From the NCBI GenBank assembly GCA_027887045.1, contig JAPCJH010000002.1, forward strand, positions 134,723 to 198,722: DNA of 64,000 nucleotides, written 5' to 3'. The notes under the pieces are model-generated. The model ran no database searches and was not told where the DNA came from. It saw only the letters and a list, made by a program, of their open reading frames with translations. The translations under genes and the position numbers were made by a program. Origin of the DNA: Nitrososphaerota archaeon (GTDB lineage: Archaea; Thermoproteota; Nitrososphaeria; Nitrososphaerales; Gagatemarchaeaceae). Below, piece by piece: positions 1 to 9,006 of the stretch (position 1 is its first letter; each line of letters starts with the position of its first letter).

Positions 1-300
1 AGTGAACCTCTTGATTTCCTGACCCACCCACTTCTGGGCTCTTTTGGTCGCGGTCAATACGAGCGTTCGTACACCTTTTTCTGAAAGCTCGGCCACCACA
101 GGGGAGTATATGACGGTCTTACCGGTGCCGGTTGGAAGGTCGATTAGGACATCGTTGCCTTGACGAAGGCCCTCTGCCGTATCGCGGATACAATCAACTT
201 GATAGTCACGCCTGTCCGCTAGGGCATACCGTTTGAGAATAGAATCCACGTCAATGTCGAACGAATTGGGTTCTCCGGACACTTCGGTGAAAAGGGGCAT
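1..300 (-). CDS. Superfamily-2 DNA/RNA helicase, N-terminal fragment (gene continues past window start)
   Basis: Minus-strand translation from ATG at 300 gives MPLFTEVSGEPNSFDIDV...NDVLIDLPTGTGKTVIYSPVV... The GTGKT Walker A motif in this context is typical of the DEAD/DEAH/Rad3-like helicase domain 1. The ORF runs off the window edge. Confidence 0.55.
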   Translation of the reverse strand, partial: MPLFTEVSGEPNSFDIDVDSILKRYALADRRDYQVDCIRDTAEGLRQGNDVLIDLPTGTGKTVIYSPVVAELSEKGVRTLVLTATKRAQKWVGQEIKRFT

Positions 301-1165
301 CCCGAGCTAATAATGTCTTCCGGGTCGCCTTTAGAAGGGTACTGAAGTTTCCAACCAAAGGTCGCCAGCCCTTCGGTCTCGCATGACGTGGAATGAATGC
401 ATCATCGAAGAAGACCAGACATTGTGCCTCAGGAAGACAACTTGTCCGACAGCGACGAACAGTTGCAATCCCCAGGCTTTCGATTGCATCCTACACAGTA
501 AGATATGCCTCTGAAGATACGCAGTTCACGCGTGCAAGCCGGACAGGACTTCGCCAAGGCAGAAGGCCATATTCTGCCTCCAAATAATCCAATGCCCTTA
601 CCTTATGCCCATTCGTGGTGAAAAGGCCCAGAATAGACTATATGAGGGGTTCCGGCCCCTTTCTTGACTTGGCGAGACAACTGCCGACCCTTGAATATGA
701 AGGCAAGCTTTGGACCGCAGACTTTCGCCTCAGGGAGTTCAGGTTCATAGTCTTTGGAGAAATGCCGGAGTTCATACCGTTTGAAAGCGACTTGGGTATC
801 GAACTTCTCAGAGCGCTAGCGGTGCAATCGAGTTAGTAGTGTTCTCGTATGTAGGCGTATGCCTTGTCGAACAAATCCTGCTCCTTATGCAGTTGATACT
901 TCAGCAGAGTCTTTCTTAGAGCTCTTTGGATTTCCCTTTCTCCCGCGACGGTCCATTGCGAACCATCAAATCTCGTTACCTTGACGACCTCAACCTCCGT
1001 AATTGACCGCGAAAAAACAGAAGGGGAGCGGGCCTGTCTCTTTACGCAGCCTTGTCGCGCGCCCGGGGGGGCTCGTGATAAGCCCTGGAATCTCGTAGGA
1101 GACTCGTGGCTTCCTGCCTTGGTCCGAGGAATGTGGAATAATAATGCTAAATGGAGTCGTAAGAG

Positions 1166-1993
1166 GTGAATCGAAGTTCAAAGCTATTGACTTCAGAAGA
1201 GCCAGCTCTATTGACTTTGGTAGATGAAGCAAGGAACATATTTCTGAACAACAAGGCGACATCAGTCCTTCCAAAGTCGATTCCTGTCCTTTTCTTTGGC
1301 GACCTAAGTAACTATTGGAACCCCTATCCGAGAATCATAACTGTCGGGAGAAACCCCTCCTTCCAAGAGTTCCCTCTAAATCAGTGGAATTGTAGGTTCG
1401 AACGGTCTGAGGTAATCCTTCGGAAACTAACGGGCAATTCTGAGAACTGGGACGATGAAGCCCGAGGACTCTACTTGACGTCCCTCAAGAAGTACTTCGC
1501 GACGAAAAGACACAAATGGTTTCAGCTGGGATTTGGTGGATTCTTGGAAGGGATGGGCAAGAGCTACTTGCCTCTATCCCCGTCGAATGTCGTTCACACC
1601 GACTTTTGTTCTCCGCTTGCCACCCGGCCGAGCTGGTCTTCATTAGGTGATGGCGAAAAGAAAGTGCTAATGAGGGACGGGGTGCATTTGTGGTACAATT
1701 TGGAAACTTATCTTGACCCTGACATAATTGTTATCTCAATTGGGAACGAGTACTCGGAATGGTTGATGGGCCGCTTCACTGTAGTCCAAATGGATAGTTA
1801 CCCGTATGAGGCGACAATCGGTCGAAAGAAGGTAACAGTAGAAGCGAAACTCTTCCAATGCGAGCGAGGCAACAAGACAAAATGGTTTGTGGAAATCCCT
1901 CTGCTACAAAATCCCTTTGGCGTTGGAGTCACGAATGAGGCAAAGAAAACAATCGCGAAGTCAATCCGAAGTCGAATATCTTCCGCTCGTTGA
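1166..1993 (+). CDS. UDG-superfamily DNA glycosylase-like protein (MUG/TDG-like family-2 motifs), putative
   Basis: 275 aa. LFFGDLSNYWNPYPRIITVGRNPS resembles UDG motif 1 (G-x-N-P-G/S as in GINPG of MUG/TDG). HTDFCSPLATRPSWSS resembles motif 2 (NPSGLS/HPSPLS). It sits 43 nt upstream of vsr and is co-oriented with it. The assignment is from motif memory only. Confidence 0.4.
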   Translation: MNRSSKLLTSEEPALLTLVDEARNIFLNNKATSVLPKSIPVLFFGDLSNYWNPYPRIITVGRNPSFQEFPLNQWNCRFERSEVILRKLTGNSENWDDEARGLYLTSLKKYFATKRHKWFQLGFGGFLEGMGKSYLPLSPSNVVHTDFCSPLATRPSWSSLGDGEKKVLMRDGVHLWYNLETYLDPDIIVISIGNEYSEWLMGRFTVVQMDSYPYEATIGRKKVTVEAKLFQCERGNKTKWFVEIPLLQNPFGVGVTNEAKKTIAKSIRSRISSAR

Positions 1994-2035
1994 ACCTAAA
2001 ATGCGCAGGAACCATTTCAAATCCATGGAGCTGTT

Positions 2036-2593
2036 TTGTTTAATAATTCGAGCGGGCTCCTCGACGATGGTGCGATGTTGCAAGAGAGGAGATATCGGAC
2101 CAAAGCTGTTGGGCGCTCACCAAGTCCAACTTCTAAAGCGGTCTCCGCTTCCATGACATCTAACAAAGCAAGAGGAACGGGGCCTGAACTCGTTCTGGCT
2201 AAGCTGCTTCGGAAGAAGATAGTCGACAATAGCCTACCGGGGCGCCCTGATTTCGTCTATTCCAAAGCCAGGGTTGCAGTTTTCATCCACGGCTGCTGGT
2301 GGCACGGCTGCTCTGAACATTACAGGTCGCCAAAGACCCATCCTGCGTTCTGGAGGAGAAAACTCGAGAGGAACCGAGAGCGAGACAGACTTGACAGAAC
2401 GGCGCTCGAGTCGATGGGGTGGAAGGTGCTGGAGGTCTGGGAGCACGAGGTGAAGCGCGACCCAAGGGCGGTCGCCGCCAGTATTCAACTTCTTTCTGCA
2501 TCTCGCTCCGCCTCCCTCCAGGTGCGACGGACGGCCAGCCCGAATGAGCAGGAAGTATCTACGCGTTCAAAATTAGCTCGGCTGGAACCTTGA
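2036..2593 (+). CDS. vsr: Very-short-patch-repair endonuclease (T/G mismatch-specific)
   Basis: FVYSKARVAVFIHGCWWHGCSEHYRSPKTHPAFWRRKLERNRERDRLDRTALESMGWKVLEVWEHEV matches the conserved Vsr core (FVDGCFWHGC...W..K...N..RD). The 3' end converges on and overlaps dcm. Confidence 0.85.
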   Translation: MFNNSSGLLDDGAMLQERRYRTKAVGRSPSPTSKAVSASMTSNKARGTGPELVLAKLLRKKIVDNSLPGRPDFVYSKARVAVFIHGCWWHGCSEHYRSPKTHPAFWRRKLERNRERDRLDRTALESMGWKVLEVWEHEVKRDPRAVAASIQLLSASRSASLQVRRTASPNEQEVSTRSKLARLEP

Positions 2594-3668
2594 TATCTTC
2601 TTCCACGAGGATGGCTCTGGCAACAGCGGCCGACAAAATCACAGGGACTGAATTGCCGACCAGCTTGTACTTCGTTGTGAGCGTCTTGGCTGGGAACCTG
2701 TAGGTCACGGGGTAGCACTGCAGTGAGGCACACTCTCTCACGGTGGGCTTCCTGTACCGCGTCCTGCCCCTGTAGATGGTCTCGATTACCATCGTCTCCC
2801 TCGACGCGTTGAACTGCGTCGCCATGACGGTCCTCGCAGGCCTGTCGAGGTAGTCGGGGAATAGCATCTTGCCATAATATGCGTGGGCCACCTTTTGTTG
2901 CTTGTTCCTCGCGGCCTCCCTCGTCGTCATCAGGCCGTCTTCAGGTCTCTTGTACAGCGGCGGAGCAAAGAAGTGGTCTTCAAGCTGCTTTTCCTTGATG
3001 GTAATCGGGTAGTTGGGGTCGCTCACAGTCTCTCGTTCGTTCATCCTGCCCAACGGGTCCGGGAACGCTCCGATGACCTTCCTCATCGGAACCCACGGCT
3101 GGTAGAGGACATTGTCCAGCGTGAGCATCGACTCCTCGAAGTGCGTTTGGACGGGACTAGGGTATCTTCCCGAAAGTAGCCTGAGCCGCTTTTGCGGCGC
3201 GCCGAAGTTAGCCGAATTGAAGACCTCCTGCCTCGGGACGTCGAAAAAGCCGTCCTCCGGAACTCCCATGTCCTGCAACCTGACCCTATGGGGCAGAGTC
3301 TGCAACAGCCTTGGGACGTTCTCCATTATCCAGTACTTGGGTCTCAGGACGTGGACGAACCTGAAGAAGGCCAAGACGAGCCTCATACCTTTCTGGAAGT
3401 CGCCGCCGCCTCCCCTCTTTGAGCCGGAGAACTCCGTGCAGGGAGGGCCCCCTATCAGCACGTCGGGCCTAGAGTCCAGGAAAAGCTTGGGGTCGAGAGT
3501 CTCTATGTCGGCCTTCATCGTTTGGGCCTCCGGCTGGTTGAGCTTGTGGGCCTCGATGGCGGGGTTCCAGTTGTCTATCGCGTACGTCACGTCGAACCCC
3601 ACCTGCCTGAAGCCTTCCGAGAACCCGCCCGCGCCGCAGAAGAGGTCGATTACTGTTAGTCGTCTCAA
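2559..3668 (-). CDS. dcm: DNA (cytosine-5)-methyltransferase
   Basis: Motif I VIDLFCGAGGFSEGF. PC motif GGPPCTEFSGS. ENV motif MENVPRL. A C-terminal target-recognition region follows. 369 aa. Confidence 0.9.
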   Translation of the reverse strand: MRRLTVIDLFCGAGGFSEGFRQVGFDVTYAIDNWNPAIEAHKLNQPEAQTMKADIETLDPKLFLDSRPDVLIGGPPCTEFSGSKRGGGGDFQKGMRLVLAFFRFVHVLRPKYWIMENVPRLLQTLPHRVRLQDMGVPEDGFFDVPRQEVFNSANFGAPQKRLRLLSGRYPSPVQTHFEESMLTLDNVLYQPWVPMRKVIGAFPDPLGRMNERETVSDPNYPITIKEKQLEDHFFAPPLYKRPEDGLMTTREAARNKQQKVAHAYYGKMLFPDYLDRPARTVMATQFNASRETMVIETIYRGRTRYRKPTVRECASLQCYPVTYRFPAKTLTTKYKLVGNSVPVILSAAVARAILVEEDIKVPAELILNA

Positions 3669-3766
3669 CGGTGACTCGAGCCCCCTTCCTCGATATTTAA
3701 GTGCCTACGAAAACCCCCGCTGTATGCGGCCGATTCTGAGGACCTCACAAAGAAATCCTGCGGGCT

Positions 3767-4654
3767 CTAGCTCATTCCGTCGAGCCACGGTCTGCAGATT
3801 AGCTTAGCCTCGGTCACTGTGGCAGGTGAGACCCCAATCTTCGAAAGCGGGTATAGTACTTTCGAGAACCGGACATCTCCAGTCAACACTCCTAGCACCC
3901 TCAGGTGGGTCAGAAGGTTGTTCGACCCGCGGCGGAAATGTTTGGGTGACGCGTCTCCTAGAGGGCCGAGGTACTTGCAGTCCTCGTTCCAGGCCAGTAT
4001 CTGGTTATAGTAGAGGAACGCCTCCAACGTAGCGCCGCTGATGACCTTGTAGATTCGCCCTAATGCCGCCAGCGCTTCGGCCGGCGGATTGTACCTCCAG
4101 AACGGATGAAGAGTCTCGGTCGCGCGTAAAGCCGGGTGCGAAGCAAGACCGAATCCCTCCGTCTCGGTCTGGAGCATGATGTCCTCGTCGTCTCTGTGGA
4201 AGTCGATGAAATGGGCCATCCTGAATATGAGCGTGCCGAGGGCTCGCGGCGCCCACGGCCCATACACGCCTGCCGCGCACTCCTGGAGAGCATCCCAGAC
4301 GTCGGCGAAGCTCTGGTCCTCAAGCCAGCTGCCGTTGGCGTCCATGAGCTTAGGCCTGAAGTCGAGTTCCTTCTTTTTTGCTTCGGGTAACTCTGACTCC
4401 TTTCCAGGGTATTGGAGGAAGACGCGCTCGCCGCCCTTCGTCTCTCGCAGGAGGATTCGCTTCTCCTCGACCCCGTTACGCAGCCCATCTCGCCTAAGTC
4501 CTCGAATCCATTCCACGTTCTCCAGCCGCCGCCGAAACACGGACTCGTTTTCAGGAGCCTGAACTACTCTGAGCACGTCGAGGGATGAAGGTGCTCCCCC
4601 CTCGGTCAGGCTCATCACTTCGGAGCAGGTGCCTGAGCGTATTAAGCTCTGCAC
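3767..4654 (-). CDS. Hypothetical protein immediately upstream of dcm in the same orientation; candidate restriction endonuclease or specificity partner
   Basis: 295-aa ORF that ends 98 nt before the dcm start on the same strand. I recognise no motif in it. The role is inferred only from operon context with the C5-MTase. Confidence 0.35.
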   Translation of the reverse strand: MQSLIRSGTCSEVMSLTEGGAPSSLDVLRVVQAPENESVFRRRLENVEWIRGLRRDGLRNGVEEKRILLRETKGGERVFLQYPGKESELPEAKKKELDFRPKLMDANGSWLEDQSFADVWDALQECAAGVYGPWAPRALGTLIFRMAHFIDFHRDDEDIMLQTETEGFGLASHPALRATETLHPFWRYNPPAEALAALGRIYKVISGATLEAFLYYNQILAWNEDCKYLGPLGDASPKHFRRGSNNLLTHLRVLGVLTGDVRFSKVLYPLSKIGVSPATVTEAKLICRPWLDGMS

Positions 4655-4681
4655 CCGCTTTGATTAAGAGAAGGTAGGTGG

Positions 4682-4900
4682 CTACGGCGCTGGTCCGACG
4701 ACTACTAACTTGCGTCTAACGTCAATCTTAACTTCGACAACCTCCCCGGCGCTGAAGGGGAACTGCGAGTCCTTCGCAACCTCGGTAGGGACGTAGACGA
4801 AAAACTTGTCGTACTTCTTGCCTCCAGTTGTGGTAGGTCTATTGACGAACTTGCCTCGTCCCTTAGTAGCCAAATTTGGTGTCACAGGCTTATAACACAT
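4682..4900 (-). CDS. AbrB/MazE-like (swapped-hairpin) small DNA-binding protein, putative
   Basis: Internal Met start MCYKPVTPNLATKGRGKFVNRPTTTGGKKYDKFFVYVPTEVAKDSQFPFSAGEVVEVKIDVRRKLVVVGPAP. A basic N-tail is followed by a V-x-V-P...GE-V-V-x-I-D pattern typical of AbrB/MazE/SpoVT domains. The longer 107-aa form would run antisense through the neighbouring gene. Confidence 0.4.
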   Translation of the reverse strand: MCYKPVTPNLATKGRGKFVNRPTTTGGKKYDKFFVYVPTEVAKDSQFPFSAGEVVEVKIDVRRKLVVVGPAP

Positions 4901-5831
4901 GGTAAGGCTATTTCCGAGCACCAAATTGGTGTCACAGGAGACTGCGGTCAGCCACGCAATTATTGCCTTGGTCGTCCTTGTTCTCGTCGCAGGTACGGCG
5001 GGCATAGTCTACTACTTCAACGGAGGAAGCTTTCTGAACCTGAACCCAGGAGTAGCAAACAACGGCATCGCTGTCGAATCTGCGCAACTTCAGGATTATG
5101 GTCGCCTGGTCGTGAGCTTGAGCAACAACGGGCATAGCACAACGAAGACTATTCAACCCCTACAGGCTTGTTCACCTGACTACTCTTACTGTGAGAGTCT
5201 TAACGCAATCCCTAGCACATTCGTTCTTCCTCCCGGGAGTATGGTTGTCGTGAATCTAACGATATCACAATGTGCCTTCCTTTCCAACACCTTTCCTTGT
5301 TGGGGAGCCCCAGTCAATGGGTACACTTACTACTTCAAAATCGAATTGACCTTCGCCGGCGGCAACTCGGTTGACTTGCCCATCGCGGCCCACGCGTCCG
5401 GCGGGTTCCCCCTATGCAGCACCTGCTTGGGTTTTTCGCTTCCTACACAGTACAGCAGAACCATTTCCATAATGAAGGTCAGCACGTCGACTATTGGCCT
5501 CTTTTCGAATCTCACCGGACGGATGACTGTTGGACTGACGTTTGACCACTCGATTCCTGATTCCGTTACAGCCGCCTTGTTTGACGAGACGAGTGGCAAT
5601 CAGGCTAACCAAAGCCCTCTGGTATCCTCCACCAAGGGCTCTTCCACCTGTGGAACGAGCGCTGCGGGGCTCCCGTTAAATTGCGATTGCATAAACTGCT
5701 CGCCTTCCGCAACCTTCCTAGCAACTTTCTCTACTGTAACGACCGGCATTTCGTCTGGGCATTACTACATGCTGCGTGTTAGCATTCCAAGTTACGGCAA
5801 TTACTTCCTCTGGCTACAGACTCAGGGATAA
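4899..5831 (+). CDS. Secreted/cell-surface protein with N-terminal hydrophobic pilin-like segment, Ser/Thr/Cys-rich
   Basis: 310 aa. N-terminus ...AVSHAIIALVVLVLVAGTAGIVYYF is a TM/class-III-signal-like helix. The rest is Ser/Thr/Gly/Cys-rich with no recognised enzyme motif. The start is uncertain because its ATG overlaps the CAT of the divergent gene as CATG. Confidence 0.4.
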   Translation: MVRLFPSTKLVSQETAVSHAIIALVVLVLVAGTAGIVYYFNGGSFLNLNPGVANNGIAVESAQLQDYGRLVVSLSNNGHSTTKTIQPLQACSPDYSYCESLNAIPSTFVLPPGSMVVVNLTISQCAFLSNTFPCWGAPVNGYTYYFKIELTFAGGNSVDLPIAAHASGGFPLCSTCLGFSLPTQYSRTISIMKVSTSTIGLFSNLTGRMTVGLTFDHSIPDSVTAALFDETSGNQANQSPLVSSTKGSSTCGTSAAGLPLNCDCINCSPSATFLATFSTVTTGISSGHYYMLRVSIPSYGNYFLWLQTQG

Positions 5832-5910
5832 ATTATCAGGGCTTACCTTAGGCCTATGGCGAAAAGCCTGCGACCGTCCTAAATGTTCCCAGCCCGCGCC
5901 TTCACTTGCA

Positions 5911-6111
5911 ATGGCAGAAAAGAGCGAAGCCAACAAAAAGACCAAGCCACCGACACCAAAGCTGGTCGAGGCTGTGTTCACATGGAATGGCCTCGTCAAT
6001 CCAGGAAAGAGAAAGAGAGAGAATCCCGAGTTCCCCTTCAAGACAGGGGACAAGCTGCTAGTGAAGCTGGTCGGCGACACTCTGATAGTCTCGAAGGCTG
6101 ATTCCAAGTAA
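5911..6111 (+). CDS. AbrB/MazE-like small protein, paralog of 4682..4900
   Basis: MAEKSEANKKTKPPTPKLVEAVFTWNGLVNPGKRKRENPEFPFKTGDKLLVKLVGDTLIVSKADSK. It shares the FPF-x-x-G-(D/E)...V-K-(L/I) core with the 4682..4900 product. It is read from an internal ATG of the 5776 ORF. Confidence 0.4.
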   Translation: MAEKSEANKKTKPPTPKLVEAVFTWNGLVNPGKRKRENPEFPFKTGDKLLVKLVGDTLIVSKADSK

Positions 6112-6120
6112 GACGAGAAG

Positions 6121-6148
6121 GAGGAAAACGCCTCCTCCCCCCTTTTTT
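6121..6148. terminator. Bidirectional hairpin + T-tract terminator between convergent genes
   Basis: GGAGGaaaacgCCTCC stem-loop followed by cccccTTTTTT. It lies between the stops of 5911..6111(+) and 6152..6538(-). Confidence 0.5.
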
Positions 6149-6151
6149 GAC

Positions 6152-6538
6152 TTATTTTACATGAGCAACACAGGCCAGTTCAAATCGATTGTGCGCCTTG
6201 CATTGAATGAACCTGATTTTCTTCAGCCTCTTTAGTTCCGCAAGGTCCTCCAACTCCTTACCACAGCGACAACACTCAACAGCGTCATCTTCCTTCTGGA
6301 GTCCTAACCATTCATGTTCATTGCAAGATATGCAAAACGATCCAACAGGCAGGAGAATCTGGTCATCCCAGTCGGGGTATTCTTTGATGATTTTGGGAGA
6401 ATTGGTCTCATCCAAATGGACCCACCGCTTGGTAGGAAAGCCGATTTGGGCACCTCTCAGCCTGATGTATAACGTATTTGCTGGGCCTCCCAAGTTCTTA
6501 CATTTAGGATTCCCACATCGGTACCTGACGCGACCCAC
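6152..6538 (-). CDS. Hypothetical Cys-rich (multi zinc-ribbon) protein
   Basis: 128 aa with CxxC pairs (CGNPKC, CISC, CCRC, C..C..H). No enzymatic motif. Confidence 0.45.
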   Translation of the reverse strand: MGRVRYRCGNPKCKNLGGPANTLYIRLRGAQIGFPTKRWVHLDETNSPKIIKEYPDWDDQILLPVGSFCISCNEHEWLGLQKEDDAVECCRCGKELEDLAELKRLKKIRFIQCKAHNRFELACVAHVK

Positions 6539-6615
6539 AAATGGCCTTCGAAATTAGGTACTAAAAAACAGTGTAGTCACCATCACGTAATCATGGAAAA
6601 GTATCAGGTCCGGGC

Positions 6616-6954
6616 GTGCCTGCAAAGATGGAAAAACGCCGAACAAACAAACCTGCGGCTGTAGGCACAGCCGACACGGGCAGCATTGAGGCTACGCTCA
6701 GAGAGGCTGAGAGATTCCCGATTGACGAGGAATACCGGCACCTCCATAACAATCATGTCGGACACGAGGTCTGGCATTTCACCGGAAAGCGGCATGACCC
6801 TGATGGAACGGTAGTCAGGGATGGAATTCTAGTTCAAAGCTGCCTGACTTGCCGAACCGTCATCGCGATGATTCCTCTTGGTATGAGGGAATGGATGGCC
6901 CTAGATGCGGTCTTGGCAGAGGAAGAACTGGAGAGGATGGGGTATCAGCCATGA
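6616..6954 (+). CDS. Hypothetical protein
   Basis: 112-aa ORF with a CxxC (CLTC). No recognised family. Confidence 0.35.
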   Translation: MPAKMEKRRTNKPAAVGTADTGSIEATLREAERFPIDEEYRHLHNNHVGHEVWHFTGKRHDPDGTVVRDGILVQSCLTCRTVIAMIPLGMREWMALDAVLAEEELERMGYQP

Positions 6955-7238
6955 GAAAACCATGCGACCACCCCGACGTAGCAAACCATCGTGATTGGAA
7001 GCCAATGGACCCGGATTATTGGCCCCAATGGACTCTCACTGAATGGGTCAGGTGGTACGTCACTCAAGCAATCAAAGACATAGGGAGGAAGGATCTAGGT
7101 CAGGCACGACGCCAGCTGAAGGAGCTCCTCCTGCGTATGGAGTTCCGTCGTTTCGACTCGCAATGGGAGCCAGATTGGGACTCGCTGATGAAAGCTGGCC
7201 GGGTTGATTGGGAGCCTGAGTGGGATGGACACTTTTGA
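6951..7238 (+). CDS. Hypothetical Trp/Asp-rich protein
   Basis: ATG overlaps the upstream stop (ATGA). MRKPCDHPDVANHRDWKPMDPDYWPQW...WEPDWDSLMKAGRVDWEPEWDGHF. Confidence 0.3.
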   Translation: MRKPCDHPDVANHRDWKPMDPDYWPQWTLTEWVRWYVTQAIKDIGRKDLGQARRQLKELLLRMEFRRFDSQWEPDWDSLMKAGRVDWEPEWDGHF

Positions 7239-7433
7239 TAGAAAAAAAGGCCGGACCTGAGAATCTCCCTACAGGAGCAGAAACCCATCGGATTCTGAAC
7301 CTCTTCGTCCTACAAGGTGCATTGGAAACGGATGGCAAGAACAGATTCCGTTTATCGAGGCTGGCTCAAGAGACATTACTTGCAAAGGTAGAGAAACTAG
7401 CCTAACATCCCTTCCCACTCCAAGGAGGGCCAA

Positions 7434-7586
7434 TCGATGATGGAAAGAGCCGTCATCGAAACTGTCCTAGATTTTGTTTCTCCCGGCGAGGAGTTTACCG
7501 TGGAGGAGATTCAGAAGAGATGCCGAGTCTTTGGTGCAGGTGTCGAGATGATGCTCGATGACCTTTGGAAGGACATCCTACGGTGA
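7434..7586 (+). CDS. Small unlisted ORF (50 aa), possible winged-helix-like protein
   Basis: aggaggg sits 7 nt upstream of ATGATG. MMERAVIETVLDFVSPGEEFTVEEIQKRCRVFGAGVEMMLDDLWKDILR. It falls below the 60-aa cutoff of the ORF track. Confidence 0.2.
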   Translation, partial: SMMERAVIETVLDFVSPGEEFTVEEIQKRCRVFGAGVEMMLDDLWKDILR

Positions 7587-7919
7587 CAGCTTTGAATGAG
7601 GATGAGCTGGGACGACCGCGAGTCACACGCATTCCTCTTGGGCGAATGACGAATGCAGGCACGTGACATCCAAGACTGCAGCGACAATACCCAAAGGTGA
7701 ATATGGTGGTGTGAGGTTAAGAAAGTAGACGACGAGAAACACCCCGAAATAACCTAGCATGCCGAGTCCGAATCCGACGTTGTAACGTCGCTCGAACCTT
7801 CTTCTTTGTTTACTCAGGCGAAGGAATTCCTTGTCAAAGGGGTCTTCAGACCCAGGCAAACCCCGCGGAACATAGAACGCCAACGATGGCGATATTGGCA
7901 GAAGTCTCTTAAGAACCCT

Positions 7920-8150
7920 CTAGGAGAAGAGTCTCTTCAGCCCGACGTACAACACGCGCAAGATGGTCGTAGCCATCGCAGCCACCAGCAGACTTCCAAT
8001 CAATCCCCACTCGGCAAGGAACGCAAAACTCCCCGCTGTCGGTGTGTAAGGAAAGCCAGTGAAAGAATTGGGGTAGGAGGCATCGTAGAGCACAGCGGCA
8101 TAAAAGAGGACAAACAGAACGATGAAGAGCGCCAGCCACTTGTGCCTCAT
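7920..8150 (-). CDS. Small membrane protein (two TM helices), hypothetical
   Basis: MRHKWLALFIVLFVLFYAAVLYDASYPNSFTGFPYTPTAGSFAFLAEWGLIGSLLVAAMATTILRVLYVGLKRLFS is strongly hydrophobic. Confidence 0.25.
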   Translation of the reverse strand: MRHKWLALFIVLFVLFYAAVLYDASYPNSFTGFPYTPTAGSFAFLAEWGLIGSLLVAAMATTILRVLYVGLKRLFS

Positions 8151-8210
8151 GCCTTTGTTGTCTGACGCCTGTTATTTATCGTCGAACCCTCACCCTCTTT
8201 TTCAGTCAGG

Positions 8211-8510
8211 TCAAACTTTCGTGCCACTCTCGTAGCCATCTCGCCCATACTTACGTTGTCTCTCTTTCCAAGGAACTAATTGGTGAGAGAGCCAATGAGA
8301 GACCTTTGTTCTATCAGCTGAACTGACCCGATGGTATTTCAGATAATCTCTCGCATCATTGACCTTGCCGAATTGTTTCTCCACGCCGCCCCTTGGGTCA
8401 GACACATAGATGCGAACTTTGTCTCCATATTCATTTGGCGCGACCCAGACTTGGAACTCGTCATTTCCATGCGTTACCATCAAGCTGTCGTCCAATTTGC
8501 GAACACCCAC
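8211..8510 (-). CDS. Hypothetical protein
   Basis: 99-aa ORF with no recognised motif, inside the putative mobile element. Confidence 0.3.
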   Translation of the reverse strand: MGVRKLDDSLMVTHGNDEFQVWVAPNEYGDKVRIYVSDPRGGVEKQFGKVNDARDYLKYHRVSSADRTKVSHWLSHQLVPWKERQRKYGRDGYESGTKV

Positions 8511-8555
8511 CCTCCCCGATAAGCCTAGAACCTAGATATCCTTTGACCTCCTAGC

Positions 8556-8894
8556 TTGAACCTGAATAAATCGCAGACACATACTTCTTTATATGGTTGT
8601 AGCATGCTAGCTAGAAAGCGTATGAAGAGATTCGTGACGCAAAAGTTCTCGGATGAGGAATGGAAGAAATTGAAGGCAGCTATGGGTACGAGAACATGGC
8701 CTGAGTTTGTACTGGGAAGGAAGCCTAGCAGTGAACGTCCGCGCCCTGTCCATTCAAACGCTCTTGGGAAGACCAAGGTGAGGAGAACGATGATTACGCT
8801 GGAGCAGGAAGAGTTCGACATTGTTCTGAAGCGGAAAAGGACTATGACGTGGCATGAGTACATCATGTCACTCGCGGAGAGGAAGAAGAGATGA
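8556..8894 (+). CDS. Hypothetical basic protein
   Basis: 112 aa, Lys/Arg-rich. No motif recognised. Confidence 0.3.
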   Translation: MNLNKSQTHTSLYGCSMLARKRMKRFVTQKFSDEEWKKLKAAMGTRTWPEFVLGRKPSSERPRPVHSNALGKTKVRRTMITLEQEEFDIVLKRKRTMTWHEYIMSLAERKKR

Positions 8895-9006
8895 GATTGG
8901 TCGCAACCCGCCACGAACACCGCCCAGCTGATGGAGCTAGAACGTTACACGCTGCTACGGACGTTGCGACCCGTGACGCTCCCAGAATGATTCAAGGAGT
9001 TCGTCA

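Noticed and set aside
990-1274. 94-aa minus-strand ORF
   Set aside because: It is antisense to the start of the UDG-like gene and the upstream small ORF. It has a Ser/Pro-rich composition and no motif.
8525-8920. 131-aa minus-strand ORF overlapping 8556..8894(+)
   Set aside because: It is the mirror frame of a basic plus-strand ORF, hydrophobic and Cys/Phe-rich, with no motif. Only the plus-strand ORF was kept, at low confidence.
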